DNA of 64,000 bases from Tubulanus polymorphus (GCF_964204645.1 NC_134030.1:7917122-7981121), one strand, 5' to 3'. Positions 1 through 12,920 are shown, counted from the stretch's first letter. Notes: generated from the sequence alone by a model not told the origin. A program made the numbers and translations.

Positions 1-30
1 AATTAGTTAAATTGGTTATAAAAGACTCCT

Positions 31-158
31 GTCAGGCCAGTTGCGCAGTCAAGGCTTCGATAAAATACCAGTCTATAAGATCATCTCAGTTCTGTATAAC
101 CAATCAAACAACTTGAGACCAGTCTCAGAACTTAAGGAATTTGCGACTGGCCCCTGAC
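31..158. mobile_element. Short MITE-like inverted-repeat element (CAGGGGCCAGTTGC family)
   Basis: Ends GTCAGGCCAGTTGCGCA ... TTGCGACTGGCCCCTGAC are inverted. The interior matches the reverse complement of the copy at 25775-25913. Confidence 0.65.
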
Positions 159-291
159 TCGATCGAGCTTTGGGCTCGATCGAGGTCCAGTTTTCGAAGC
201 TTATTTCAGGGGTAGATTTCAATTTTTGATATTGAAAATCAAGGGAGAGTATTCAGAGGGTGTATCGAAACAAAAATGGCCGAACACTTAC

Positions 292-2019
292 GAATATCAT
301 GCCGATATTGAGCAACTGCGATTCGGGAGTTGTGCCGTTTACTCCACCGAAAACCTTATTGATGACTCCTTTCATTTCGGTTTGCACTTTAGTTCTGACT
401 TCGTTTTTCTTAGCAGCAATCACAATGGCGGCGATGATTTGAGCACCGAGAATAACGCTGACTAGGATAACATACTATAAGAAAAACAAACTAATTCAAC
501 TAATTGGCAATGGTTTATCTTTGTCCTGTATAAGAATTATATATATTTTAAACTGTGTATTGAGTAACTTAATCAGTTTTTATTTTCTGTACTTATATTC
601 GACCATACGTACTAAATACTAAATAGTGAGGAGAATCCATTTATTATTACCTCGGTAACTTATATCTAAAAATAGTTTGATTGTTCAAGTAGTTCGCAGA
701 TCTCGTAATCGAGGGGCATGTAGAAATAAAACCAGAAAAAGAATTTGATATTTTTGGAGCTTCATTCTATTCATGATTTTCGTGAATTCCAGAGAGGCTA
801 TGAAAAAATGTCATTGAATCAGGGTTGGAAATAGACACGAGTAGTTCGTATAGTCTCTCTGAATCTCCACCGGTATCTACTCACGATAAGCAGGCATATT
901 TTGTTTTTGCAATACGCTCCGCAACAGCCGAAAAACCCAAGCCCGAAGAAAATGGCACCGACAACGATTAAGGGTATCGCCAATTGGGTCGCGAAGCTTT
1001 TTAACTGGTCCGCCTGTCCGATGGACGATATGATCTTATCAATGGGTAAATCGGCGGGAATCGCGTTCAAACTGTTCAACGGCAGCGTTTTGAGGAAGTT
1101 CAGCAATATGGTATGCACCGCGAAATGGAAGGCTATCCCCAGTCCGAGCAGAACGAGTCCGAGTATCTAAGGAATGAAGAAAAACTGGTTGTTACATTGA
1201 CATGTTCTTGACAATCACCAAGTATGAATATTACATTTTATGACTATTGGCGATCAAAGTCTCCAATTGTCAGACTACCTTTGGTGACTTAACTCAATCG
1301 CTACGTGAGCAATGATAGGCAATGTTAGGCTGAAGATATCATCTTTAGCAATTCTATTGTGAGACTAGAACATTATAATGATATAGATTGATCATAACCC
1401 TTTTCAAAAACGAGCTTTCGTATTCATTGATTCAGGGTTTTTCAAAATGTCTACGACGGTGCATAACGAATGAAAATTTGATGGAATGAAAAAAGAAAAA
1501 CGATACTTCAAAGTGAAACTTTAAAAAAGATATCGTATTCAAGCTGAATTCCGCAAAAAAAGGTAGTCTCGAAGCTCCACCTATATCATGAGTCATCGAC
1601 GTTTATTCAACTTTAAGTTGGCGGTGCCAAAAACATTCCGATTAATGATCGTGTTCTATAAAACCGGTTAAGACTGTTTCGGCGTATTCGGGATTTCCTC
1701 CGTACAAAATATTCATACATTTTGTACCATGAATCGTACGTACACACTACCAAATAATGAATATGAAATACCCGTTGTTTCCGTATTGTACACGGTAGAG
1801 TGACCTCCTGCTCTTAATTTCGAATTTGCGAGGAAACCAAATTGGTTTCCTTGCAAATTCGAAACAATCCGGCCTGATTCAACATTTTTATCTCGACTGT
1901 CGATCAAGAGACGATCGGCCGATAATTCAGACCGAAATCTAGTCAAACAATTCTGTACTTACCACCCAAATGATGTTGAACACCACCAGCAGGACTTTCG
2001 CGCACAAATCAAACGCCAT
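292..2019 (-). CDS. Tetraspanin paralog 1 (3' part lies left of the window)
   Basis: Exons 2019-1963 (MAFDLCAKVLLVVFNIIWV), 1166-885 (ILGLVLLGLG...GFFGCCGAYCKNKICLLI) and 474-292 (YVILVSVILGAQIIAAIVIAAKKNEVRTK...LLNIGMIF). All are phase 0 with GT-AG sites. The GCCGA motif and TM1-3 are typical of tetraspanins, and the exons are colinear with paralogs 2 and 3. Confidence 0.92.
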
Positions 2020-3779
2020 CTTAACGAAGTCTGAAAAATAGTTTAAAACATTTCGAATTCAAATCTCCTCGATGAACTAGATTTCAAATCCGCAGCATTA
2101 ATTTCCCTAGTTGTAGACGGAGACAATTTCGCAATGCTATCCCTTATTATCAAAATTAACCTGTTCCTTACCCGCAACCATTTTTCTCTATTTTAATATT
2201 TGTTGAAATGCAAGTGTTATACGTAGCTAATCTATGTAAGCTCCTTATCGATCGATGTGGCTTATACGACACGATGTAACTACTATGAAGGCTTATGCTT
2301 TACTCTTGGTAACATCTGGCGTAAATATCCTTTTTGTTACCTTTGATGAATGATCCAGATCGCGAAAGAAATCATTAGAGATCGAAGATTAAATGTCGAT
2401 ATAATATCTAAGCATGGCCTGAGTAGAATAGGCCAGAAATAACTCGAAAGTAAATCGCAAGTAACTAACGTAAAAGATTTTCTTGAATATTTCAGTCAGG
2501 GCTTTGAGAATGGGCCCATTGAAGGTGCCAAATTGAATAACCTCAGCACAAAACCTGACCCGATAGAATCAAGATTCTTGAGCACGTATTTATTCAATCC
2601 CCAAGCAAAACACTTAAAACATGTACACGTTCCACAACGAAATATGCTCAAACATTTTCCTACATTATTCATATTCATACTGGGAAAATACATACATTAT
2701 ATTCTTATAAATTCTTCTACAATCCGATGGAAGCCTTACACGTAACTGCGCACAAGAGAACTCGAAACGAAATATTGGGTATAGCATTAACCTAAATGTT
2801 TATATAGTACATTTTCAGGTAAAGTCAACTTAATCATCGAAATTGTCAAAAAGTGTACTCAAAAACCAGTTTTTTTCTGGTGCTTTTTTCTTATTATTGA
2901 TAGCAACGTTGTAAACAATCGCGATTCATTTGAATGGTTGTGACGTCGTAAAACACCTATATTCACGAAATGTTTTACATCTAAATCAGGAAATTGAATC
3001 CTATGAATTGTGTGGAATGTTTGATGAATAGAACACATAATGAGTTATAGAATTCTGCTAGTACATACGTATTATCGTTATTTCGCTAAATCACTAAAAA
3101 TGAAGTCTGCATACGATATTCTTTTTATGTAAACGACACGAGCTGAACCCGTTTCGTTATTAGCGAAAATACATTCGTCACTTCTTCGAAGAAAAGGTTG
3201 AAAATATGGAACTTATTCGATTCCGCGTGACAATTAGTCAATAGTTTTCTCTTTAAAAAGAAGATCTTATTCGGCAGGCATTGCCCCCCCCCCCCCCTGA
3301 CGTACGTGGTAGTGACGGCATAGCCGAGTTGGTGAAGAAAGTATTGGAAAAACCAATGTCTAAGAACATAAACTAGGATAAGATTTCTCCGAATAGCAAA
3401 AGTGAAATGTGAATGTATGGCTTTTTGACTCCAATTGCCATCGATTTTATTTTTTTCTATTTGGTTCAGAATGCTTGTTATCGAAACCGTTTTTAACAAC
3501 TTCGGTCGGATCTTTTACAAAGAAAATGGGCATCGATCAAATGCTGAAGAAAAAGAGTCAATCAGTAGTAAACCAGTTTCAGATTTGTGAATTGAATATA
3601 TGACCATGAAGACGTTATACGTCCATTATATGACCATAGAGTTTCGATGACCGTAGTTTATATCGTGTGAGGATTCCACTTGTGATAAGCGAGCATCCAT
3701 GACGTGGCAACAACAGTGCGCGCCGTTCTGGCAATGATGCGATCGATTGAATATAAATAAGAGTTCCGGCCCATGACTT

Positions 3780-4043
3780 CAGAAGTCCCTAGGTTACATA
3801 CAGGAAATCTTTTACCAGTTTCGACTTATTATGAGTCTGAATTTCGAGTTAATTATGTCGAAATTCGACTTATTTTATGTCGAATTTTGAGATATTAAGT
3901 CTACATAAAAATAACACGAAATTCGACATAATTAATTCGAAATTCGACATAATAAGTCGAATTGCGACATAATTAACTCGAAATTCGACTTAATAAGTCA
4001 AAATTGTGGAAAAATTATCTCGTATGTCACCTAGGGGCTTCCG
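3780..4043. mobile_element. MITE with ~27-bp terminal inverted repeats and internal AATTCGAC/GTCGAAATT repeats
   Basis: Left end CAGAAGTCCCTAGGTTACATACAGGA versus reverse complement of right end CGGAAGCCCCTAGGTGACATACGAGA. The internal short repeats switch orientation at the centre. Confidence 0.8.
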
Positions 4044-4874
4044 TATCGATGATGTAAGATCGATGTACGACTTTATAGTGCAACGTGAAGGGTTACATTT
4101 GGAGTAAATCGGGAAGTTCCTTATCATATTCAATAAAAATCTATCCACAATTTCTCAAACTCCATGAATGATGAATAAGCATTTCCATTCACTATCAGTG
4201 CTAGTGACAAACGGGTTCGAGTGCTGCTGGTTGCTTAGAGGGCGACACTCTAAAAGGCCATTCCTTTTTTATATTGAATGACAAAATCCGATACGGTTAG
4301 TCTTGGGGGAAGTAGTTGATGGCATGAGTCCTTATAAATTACTCCGCTTTGCTGTACTGGAGTCAAATTTGCATTCATCCAGACTACATTTAAAGATAAG
4401 ATAAATATTGCAGATTTGATATAACGAGAATTTATTGTTAATAAAATATATCAATATATACATGTATTTGTCTACGTAAAAACAATATCAAGAGAAAGGA
4501 GACTGAAATAAAAGGAAACAAACGTAAAGAATTGTAATAAGAGACGATATATAAATCAAGCATTTAATCGGTGAGACAAACAGAAATAAACCGTGTCATT
4601 CATTTCCAAATATGTAAGATATGTACAAAAATAACAGCGAATCAAGTTCATTGAGTTGTGTCGCAAAATATTTCGGGAGTAGAACACGTAACTAACTATT
4701 TCGTCATGCCGTTTTACTTCGACGTGTAAAGCTGCGACATGTAGAAGTGTTGCGAACTACGAGTTTCGTATTATTAGACGTAACAAAAAGTATAATCGAA
4801 AACAATTCCTCCGAAATGGAGATTTTTCACCAACTGTTTACTCCTGTCATCCGATATCATGTAATATATTCGCG

Positions 4875-7800
4875 CTAATCCGACTCGTCCTTGATGATGA
4901 GTACTGCGCAAGCGAAAAGTAACACCTGAAAAATTTTTAAAAAACCGATGATCATGTTCATTATGTTGATTGTGTTGGAAAGCTTGACCCGAAACTATGT
5001 ACAAGATTCAAATTATAACGATATTCAAGGACTCGATCTAGCAAATAAGAAAATAATGACCAAAACATTGGGAGGATTCAATCAAAATTACGTAATTCCC
5101 ATTACGTTTACATCGTTTACAATTCATATCAAAAAGCCTAGTGCATACTATATCATGTAGAGCTATCATGGTGATACGTGTTCTGTGTGCCACCGTGAGT
5201 CCACGGTACAACGATATTATGTTAATGGGAACCTACGACCTCCTGTGGCAATCGAGGATTCCACCTATGGCAGGCAGGATCCACCAGGTTTGCTAGTAGT
5301 TATTCGGTATTCAAAATATATTTATTGTATATTTGGTGGGTCGTGATGATATATGCATTCGGGAGCCTAGAAATTCAGTTCAAAGTTCATTTAAAGCGAA
5401 CTCATTTTGATAACGTTCGTCATGCCATCTGGTGGGATAGCTGGTGTTGCGGTTCCCCATTGATGCCAGCCTATGAAACTATGTTCCAGATCATTTCATA
5501 CATACCTGTAATAAAATGAAGAGCACTATTATGGTTATCACCCACGGTAACTGAGCTTTAATTGCTGTCTCGATCTTTGTCCAACAACCCTGCAATGTAA
5601 TTTGAAAGGAATTTGCAAAATGCGTAGGAAAAACTCTTCAGAGAACGTGACCCGGTGCGAGTGAATTTACCGTCTTGTAGTTTGAATTGGTTGAGTCAGG
5701 TTGATCGATACAAGTAACGTTCACCCAATCGCTTTGTGCCGGCAAACCCATCTTAAATCCTGGATTCTTCAACTTGCAGCAAGCAATTGGGGTCGCCTTA
5801 TAGAAAATATTGAACTCAATGAATGATCCCCAAGAACAGTTTGAAAGCCTCGATTGAGGCCTTGCCTAAATACACCGTTTACACACAACGAAGGTTAGAT
5901 TCTGACCTTGGTAACATTTGCTCCATCAACTGTTATTATTCTATCCCAATTCTTTGCTCCATCGAAATCACGATAATCGTTAAGTCCACAACATTGTCCC
6001 TGAAAAAGACAAAAAACGTACGTAAGTAAATTCGTTTTGTGACATAACCTGAATATGAGAAGGACTACATTGGTCGACCAGGGTACTGGGTCCTCGAGTC
6101 AAGAAAGTCCAACGGGTTAGGAGCCATCCATAAAAGACATCCACGCTATAGGGGGAGGGGGTTTTAGATTTTTTTTTTAAACTTGGGGACAAGGGGAGGG
6201 GAGGGGGGGTCAGTAGTTTAGGAACATCTTTCGTGGATAAAAGTAAAAGTAAAATCCCTCAATCCTCCAATGACTAGTTACCAGAAATTTACAAGTTATA
6301 ATTATAACACCAGGTTAAGGGAATAAATGTAAATACGTTAATAAAAGTTAAGTTTTTTTATGCTGCATCAAATCTTTATCAAGTGTGAATCTTAAGGTCC
6401 ACTGTCCGTCGGACAAGAGGGCGGGGGTCTTGCTGATATAAATTTTATGTGGACACGGGGGAGGGGGGTCAGATTTTCCGTATTTTTTGTGGACGTCTTT
6501 TATGGACAGCCCCTAATAGGCCACACATCTTAAACTTATGAAATCAATTTTCTATTCGACAAAAAACAACCTTTAGTTCTTTTCAGGCCCTAATTGATTT
6601 CATCGTTTTTAGCCCCGAATAGTTGTTTTCATATCCAACACACGTCGCAAATTACGAGCTGATCTCAGTAGGTAACCCCTGAAAAGAACTTAAAGTTCCT
6701 GAAAACATCTTTAAAGTGGTTTTCAGGGCCCGAAAAATTGATTTCAGCCAAAACAACTTTAAGAGACTGGAAACATCTAAAACGCGTTTTAATGACCGAA
6801 AGGTAAAAAATTCGGTGGGTGCTGAAATTGCTTAAGGCCTTGAAACAACTGAAAGTTGTTTTCTGTACTTTATATGTTTGTAAATGTTTTCCCGACTAAA
6901 AGGTTTATTTCAGTCGAAATCGAAATCGAAATCAACTAGTTTTTATCCTAATCGAGTTGAGATTTTTTTTGTGGCCCGAATCAGCCACTGCATTACGTGA
7001 TTGTTTGTTACAAATTACCATCATCATTCCCATGTTCAGCAGCAGTGATCCTATATCGGCAGCTTGGTCGTTGTAATACTTGTCGATGTAGGATTTAAAT
7101 TCCACGCCTAGCTTGGTTTTAACCTATACAAACAAAACACCAAGAAAATGTATTTCAATCGACATATTGCGTAAAATGTTTTGACGAAAGCGGGAAACGT
7201 TTCCTTTCGCTAAACGTACCGTGTCCTTCATCGCTACTATAACGATTATTGCAATTACTTCCGTCAGCACGACAAGTCCAACGACAGCAGCATACTGGAA
7301 GATTAATTCAAAAACATGATTATACATGTATATTTTACGTCATGAAAGTGTCTTCAAAATGATTGAAAAGTGATCAGCACAGTTTCGAAGTTGAACTAAA
7401 ACATTAATTTTCAATTTTACGCTGTATTGAAGGACTGCCAAAAAGTATTCTTGGAATGGGGTTGAATAAAGAAAAATGACTTTAATATCAATGTTCAACA
7501 ATCGATTATAAATATATTTCCACCATAATTACTTATGATTTGAAAAAAACTTGATTCATTTAAGAAAAGGGTGTCTTTTTTCTATGATGCAACCCCTTAT
7601 AATGTGGCTTTTTTGGCAATCCTTCAATGCAATGTAAAATGGATCAAAATCGATGTTTTAGTTCAACTTTGAAAACCGATAAATTCAAGGTAGCCTGTAT
7701 CGCCGAAACACTGACTGAGCTTGACCGCCTGACGTCCTCAAGCAAAGTTGAAATATACATTTAGCTTATAGATGAGAGGATTACGTAGGATTGACGTTTA

Positions 7801-9234
7801 AGAGTTCAATTGCGAATGAAATTACTCACGATGATCAGCATAATTCTGTTTTTATAGCAGGCTCCACAGCAACCGAAAATTCCAATGAGAAACAGGATAA
7901 CGCCGATAACTATTAAAGGAATGGAGATTTTATTGATGAGCCCCATAAATTCGGAGGCAGCTTGCGCAGTGATCCCGGACGAAGAAGGAAGAGTATCGAG
8001 GAACTTCTTGAGAAGACCTTGGACCAAATCTTGGGCAAATTTGACAGCAGCGCCCAACCCCAGCAAAACTAATCCCAAAATCTGAAAAGAAAAACACATT
8101 TTCACTCACTGACTTTTTGCAACAAATTCATAAATGGCCTAGTTTAGTCAGTAAAGTAGCCTATATTTATGAGGTAGTTCCTACGATGTCTCACCAATGA
8201 CCTTAGTGCCTCTTCACTAAGAAGAACCTTAATGTCGTACCACAGACACAAGGATCGTAGATCGTCGGAGATCGCTGTAGGCTACTGGGTGAAAGTGCCT
8301 CATGTACCAAAGACACCGGAAAGGTAGAGTGACTCCAGATTGTGGGTAAAACCACTTCCAGTTCCAGGACTGGATGAATACGCTTGGAATACGATGATCA
8401 AGACACCGGAGCAGTGATTTGGCTGAACACACTGCGTCGGTCAGGCATCGTCGGCATTGTGGAGACATTTTTCACGCCTTCTCGTCTTAAACTAATGTCT
8501 ATTTATTAATTGATGAGACCTGTTTTTCTGGGATATTTTGCTTACTTTTTGGGGTACATACCTCATTTATGTCTTAACAGAATGCCAAAAATCGCGGACA
8601 ACAACTGAATATCCGATATATTTCCAGTTCTGTACCAATTAGATGGATTAGCAAAAAGACTCCTTAAGTCCAGTTGAATGAGAGAGAAAATCCTCCATTT
8701 TGTCAAATTTCTTGGATTTGAACATTGTTACCATGCCTACGCCACCCTGATTTAGTTGTTGAGACCCCACAAGAAAAATAACTTCATTTCGTAGGCATGG
8801 TGACAATGTAAAAATTCAAGAAATTTCACAAAATGGAGGATTTTCTCTCTCATTCAACTGGACTTAAGGAGTCTTTTTGCCAATCCATCTAATTGGTACA
8901 GAACTGGAAATATATCGGATATTCAGTTGTTGTCCGCGATTTTTGGCATTCTGTTAAGACATAAATGAGGTATGTACCCCAAAAAGTAAGCAAAATATCC
9001 CAGAAAAACAGGTCTCATCAATTAATAAATAGACATTAGCAGTATTTGGCGCAGACTCCAATTTCCGTGTTCTTTGGTCGAATTTAATGGTTCCTTCCAC
9101 TCGTTGCATTGACATTGGGCCTATAAAACTTTCTAACCGAGGTTTTTGTAAGAGCACTTTAAAGTAGGCCTACTTACCGTCCAAAATATGTTGAAGCCTA
9201 TCAACAGGCATCGGCCACATCCTAATAAACCCAT
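4875..9234 (-). CDS. Tetraspanin paralog 2, 8 coding exons, 280 aa
   Basis: Exons 9234-9178, 8081-7830, 7294-7220, 7123-7019, 5999-5907 (GQCCGLNDY), 5796-5671 (ATPIACCK), 5589-5506 (GCWTKIE) and 4925-4875 (VLLFACAVLIIKDESD*). Total 843 nt, all phase 0 GT-AG. EC2 has six cysteines (CCG, PxxCC, C, GC). Confidence 0.95.
6120..6513. mobile_element. Tourist/PIF-Harbinger-like MITE in a tetraspanin 2 intron
   Basis: Left end GGAGCCATCCATAAAAGACATCCAC versus reverse complement of right end GGGGCTGTCCATAAAAGACGTCCAC. Flanked by TTA and TAA, with G-rich subterminal runs. Confidence 0.8.
6517..6990. repeat. Degenerate internally repetitive element (TTTTCAGGCCC / AAAACAAC / GTTGTTTTC units)
   Basis: Recurrent short motifs occur in both orientations. 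The ends are only weakly inverted (GGCCACA...TGTGGCC). Confidence 0.4.
7382..7676. mobile_element. MITE-like element with ~60-bp imperfect inverted ends
   Basis: GTTTCGAAGTTGAACTAAAACAT...TTGAAGGACTGCCAAAAA is mirrored by TTTTTGGCAATCCTTCAA...ATGTTTTAGTTCAACTTTGAAAAC. Confidence 0.7.
8186..8468. mobile_element. Possible short non-autonomous element
   Basis: Left end ATGTCTCACCAATGACC versus reverse complement of right end ATGTCTCCACAATGCC. GC content is higher than the surrounding intron. Confidence 0.45.
8492..9039. repeat. Near-perfect foldback inverted repeat (250-bp arms, 48-bp spacer)
   Basis: 8492-8741 is the reverse complement of 8790-9039 with only a few mismatches, mostly near the spacer. 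No TSD seen. Confidence 0.95.
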
Positions 9235-9668
9235 AGTTTGTTGTTAAATCGAAGAGATATTTCGTCACGTCGCTGCAAGTATCTGTAAAAGAAATAATTC
9301 CCCTGGCGTAAGTCAAAAATGTTGAACGAACGGACTTCAAACAAATCGCTTAATCTGATAACTGCTTTATCGTGCCTCCTCTTGTTTTGTCGATACGTTT
9401 TACTTTAATTCGTAAATGTGGTACTTGTCTCATAGCAACAATAACCATTTCAACTGTTTGAATGAGTGCTGAAAATAGTTGTCGAATCCCAAATTTGGAC
9501 AGGGTTTTTCCGTGGATTACCCGTGGCTGGATCGAGGGACTTGATCGAGGGATCGAGTATGTCGGTTTCGGTATTTCGGTTTGTCGGTATGTCGGTTTGT
9601 CTTGAAAAGTACACAGCCGAATTACTCCTTTTCTAAAAATGTATCTTTGAGCGGGGAACTATTCCATA

Positions 9669-10311
9669 TGGTGGCTGATAAGGGCCATAGCGTAAAATTC
9701 CTGGTATGTAAATGAGGGCGCCAGAACGCCAGAACGCCAAAACGAAAAAAAAACGTCAAATTTTCTCTGAAAGTTCGTTTTGGCGCACCAAAACAACGAA
9801 TATTCCGTTTCGGCGCCCCCGCCAAAACGAACTTTCATTTTGGCGCCCCCGCCAAAACGAACTTGCCAAATTGAAAAAATATTTTTACTGTTGTTAAATG
9901 CTTGTTTTGACGGGGGCACCAAAACCGAAATAACCGCGCCAAAACGGAATTTTCTTTGTTTTGGTGCGCCAAAACGAACTTTTAGAGAAAATTGGACGTT
10001 TTTCGTTGTTTTGGCGGGGGCGCCAAAACGAAAGTTCGTATTGTCGGGGGCGCCAAAACGGAATTTTCTTTGTTTTGGCGCGCCAAAACGGAATTTTCTT
10101 TGTTTTGGCGCGCCAAAACGAACTTTTAGAGAAAATTTGACGTTTTTCGTTGTTTTGGCGGGGGTGCCAAAACGGAATTTTCTTTGTTTTGGCGCGCCAA
10201 AACGAACTTTCAGAGAAAATTGGACGTTTTTTTTTCGTTTTGGCGTTCTGGTGTTCTGGCGCCCTCATTTACATACCAGGAATTTTACGCTATGGCCCTT
10301 ATCAGCCACCA
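9669..10311. mobile_element. MITE with >110-bp TIRs, TA flanks and internal GCGCCAAAACG(A/G)A repeats
   Basis: TA|TGGTGGCTGATAAGGGCCATAGCGTAAAATTCCTGGTATGTAAATGAGGGCGCCAGAAC... is mirrored at the right end ...ATCAGCCACCA|TA. This element explains the overlapping GAPKR-repeat ORFs. Confidence 0.92.
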
Positions 10312-10356
10312 TAATTTTGCTACGATGAACCGGAAACCACTTCCCTACTAATGAGA

Positions 10357-11818
10357 CTAAATTTTAACGCGACGAGGATCGATAGTTCCCCGTGTTTGTA
10401 CAGGTAATGCCAATCAGTATGAGTTGCCATGGAGAGAAAGAGTGTTGCTGTCGAGGTAGTTGATATTTTCCCGATGTTTATCAATGCACGGCCAGTAATC
10501 ATACTGATATTGATAAGCGACGAGTAGCGATTTACTATTTAATCGTTATACAAAGGGTAGGGCGAGGAGGCACAACACATCAGTATCCAGTTCCAGATTG
10601 ATTCGTAGAAACTAGTTAGGCCTATTTCTAATGATTCAACTGCGGGCTATACAGCTCCATGTGGCCCAAATCATTTGAGTTTTAACTCTGAGAACTGGTC
10701 CAGACGCCTTGGGTGTAAAATTTAATACATACATATATTGGAAATCAGTTGAGTCGATTCTACCTGAAATTTAATTCTACTGTAAAACTGGCTTCATAAG
10801 CTCCGGGAATTTCGAGATATTTTTAATACATTATAATACAATAAGAAGGATATAAAACATTGAATATGTGAATGGAATATGAGCCTGGAACTTACCTTTT
10901 AGATGCGTGGGAATGATTGATTGGAGCCTCGCCACCTTTTCCGTCCGGCGTTTGGAATTTGACAGACAGGCCGAGCAAGCCGAGTTAACTACTTTCCTCA
11001 AACAAATGACGAAGACGAATTCTTAAATGAAAAATATATAATACAATCGTCGAGGTTGTAAATACGGAGAATAACTGCGTGCTTTTTGAAAACTAACACT
11101 CTAACCCTCACCATTTTCCATAAAAAGTCATGCTTTGTATTGTCTAAAAAACCGGTTTCCAATCTGCACAATATACATACGCCAATGTCCCCTACATGGA
11201 TTCAAAACACGAGGAGTGCGTCTATAGCAACAGCCGCTATTGAAACCAATGCCGTAACTGCCATTTCAATGACGCATGCAGTACCGAGTTGGCTTCAAGA
11301 GGATAGGATCAGGCCTATTCGGAATAACCTCATTACAACGAACCCCGTTGGACCAGACAATACGTTCGTTATATCCAGTATGAAATTGATTGAATTGTGT
11401 TACTTGGGACGAGATTCTATATTTATTATATCTGATCTGATGAATCGTTGTATCCGAGGTTGCACTCGTACGCATACACGCGTATTTTTCGCGCGCGTAA
11501 TAATCTGCATCGCCCGCTTTAATGTGCCGCCGGTTGATACCAAAATACGCCCGCACGACGATGTCTACTTGAAAGTGTTTACGATAAACTGTCTGGTGGT
11601 TATAGTTCATTTTTCAATAAAAACAGTAACAGGGTTTCGCCTGGACGATCAAAATTGGAAAAGTCCTTACGATAATGAAGATCATTTTCATTCTAAATAG
11701 ATTTACATTTGGTCATGATGATTTTATTTATCCAAATCCAGTATCCAAGAGCAGTGGTCCCGGCTGCAGATAAGGATAGAAGTACTAAGTAAATGTTGGC
11801 GGTTTTGACCCTTAATAT
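10357..11818 (-). pseudogene. Degraded spliced gene (possible type II membrane protein) or non-coding transcript
   Basis: Exon-like segments 11818-11707 (hydrophobic ANIYLVLLSLSAAGTTALGYWIWINK), 11640-11112, 11021-10896 and 10763 onward have good GT-AG sites. The last three join in one frame but contain in-frame stops. A CCGGAAGT motif lies at ~11890. Confidence 0.45.
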
Positions 11819-12920
11819 CTGAATTAAGAATACATGTATATCGCGGTTCTGAATCGTGTTAAAAATTCACACTGGTCTTCCGTCATTTCCACTTCCGGGG
11901 GCGAAATCAACGATGAGGTTTCCAAGGTATTTCGTTGAGCTTTTTCCAACCTTAAAATTCTCAGCAATCCCGAACTCGAAGATCAACAAACACTATTAAC
12001 AAAAGATATCGTTTCTTGCGTAATATATTTCTGTTTGATTTTAAAAAAAAGAAAGAAACACGTACATACACAATACATAATTATGTACTAACAAAACATC
12101 GCCTACACGATCACAAAACATTGAAAGAGAAATTGTACCGGCATTATCAAATTATGACATTAGATATATTGAATTATGAATCTCAAGTCGGTGAATATTA
12201 CAAAAGGGTTTCTTTTGACGGAGTAGTAAATATAAGACCGGCGCCGAGTTACATATAGCGAACGTCTACTGTAAACTGTAATTTACAATGTGATATACTG
12301 TAATAAATCGACTAGATTTGAATTTAGCCCCGTATACACTATATATGCATATCGTAAAACGAGGGACATATAATATATATAGGGTGCCTTGAAAAGAAAT
12401 ATCACTCTGATTTAATTCTTTTTAAAGAGTTATGTAATATAATCAATTTGTTCTAGAATGAAGCCATTGGATGTTTACTTCATTCTGTTAAACCCATGAA
12501 AAATGATGACGCAACTGATTGCTAAAAGGACACAGATTGAATTGGTCATATTGATCGTCTTACCAACTTGCACTTGTGATTATGAATAAGGTTGCTGATT
12601 CGATAAAATAAACCAACGTGTAACTCAAACATAAACAGTTTCATACAAAAACTTGATCGAATATTGCACGTTATATAATCTCAATAGTCAATAATCAATA
12701 ATAGTCAACAGTTCCTGATTAACTTTTAACTCAGATTCAGATTTAATCAAGAACTATGGAGTCGGGCCAGGTCTTTTGCGATCCCTTATGGTCCCATTGC
12801 CGAAAATCAGGATGACGACAATCACGAATCCGAGCATCAGACTAGAGAACTACCACACCGGACAAGCGGGTCCTCGTTGAGGTACGGTTTTGATTGTATG
12901 GACGACTGCATCGACGTTCG

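Noticed and set aside
9622-10328. Overlapping ORFs with GAPKR/FWRAKT repeats, and a superficial CRISPR-like look
   Set aside because: These are translations of internal repeats of a TIR element. The spacers are not unique, there are no cas genes, and the context is eukaryotic.
11086-11700. 204-aa plus-strand ORF
   Set aside because: TTG start and no recognisable motifs. It is the in-register antisense shadow of the minus-strand degraded frame.
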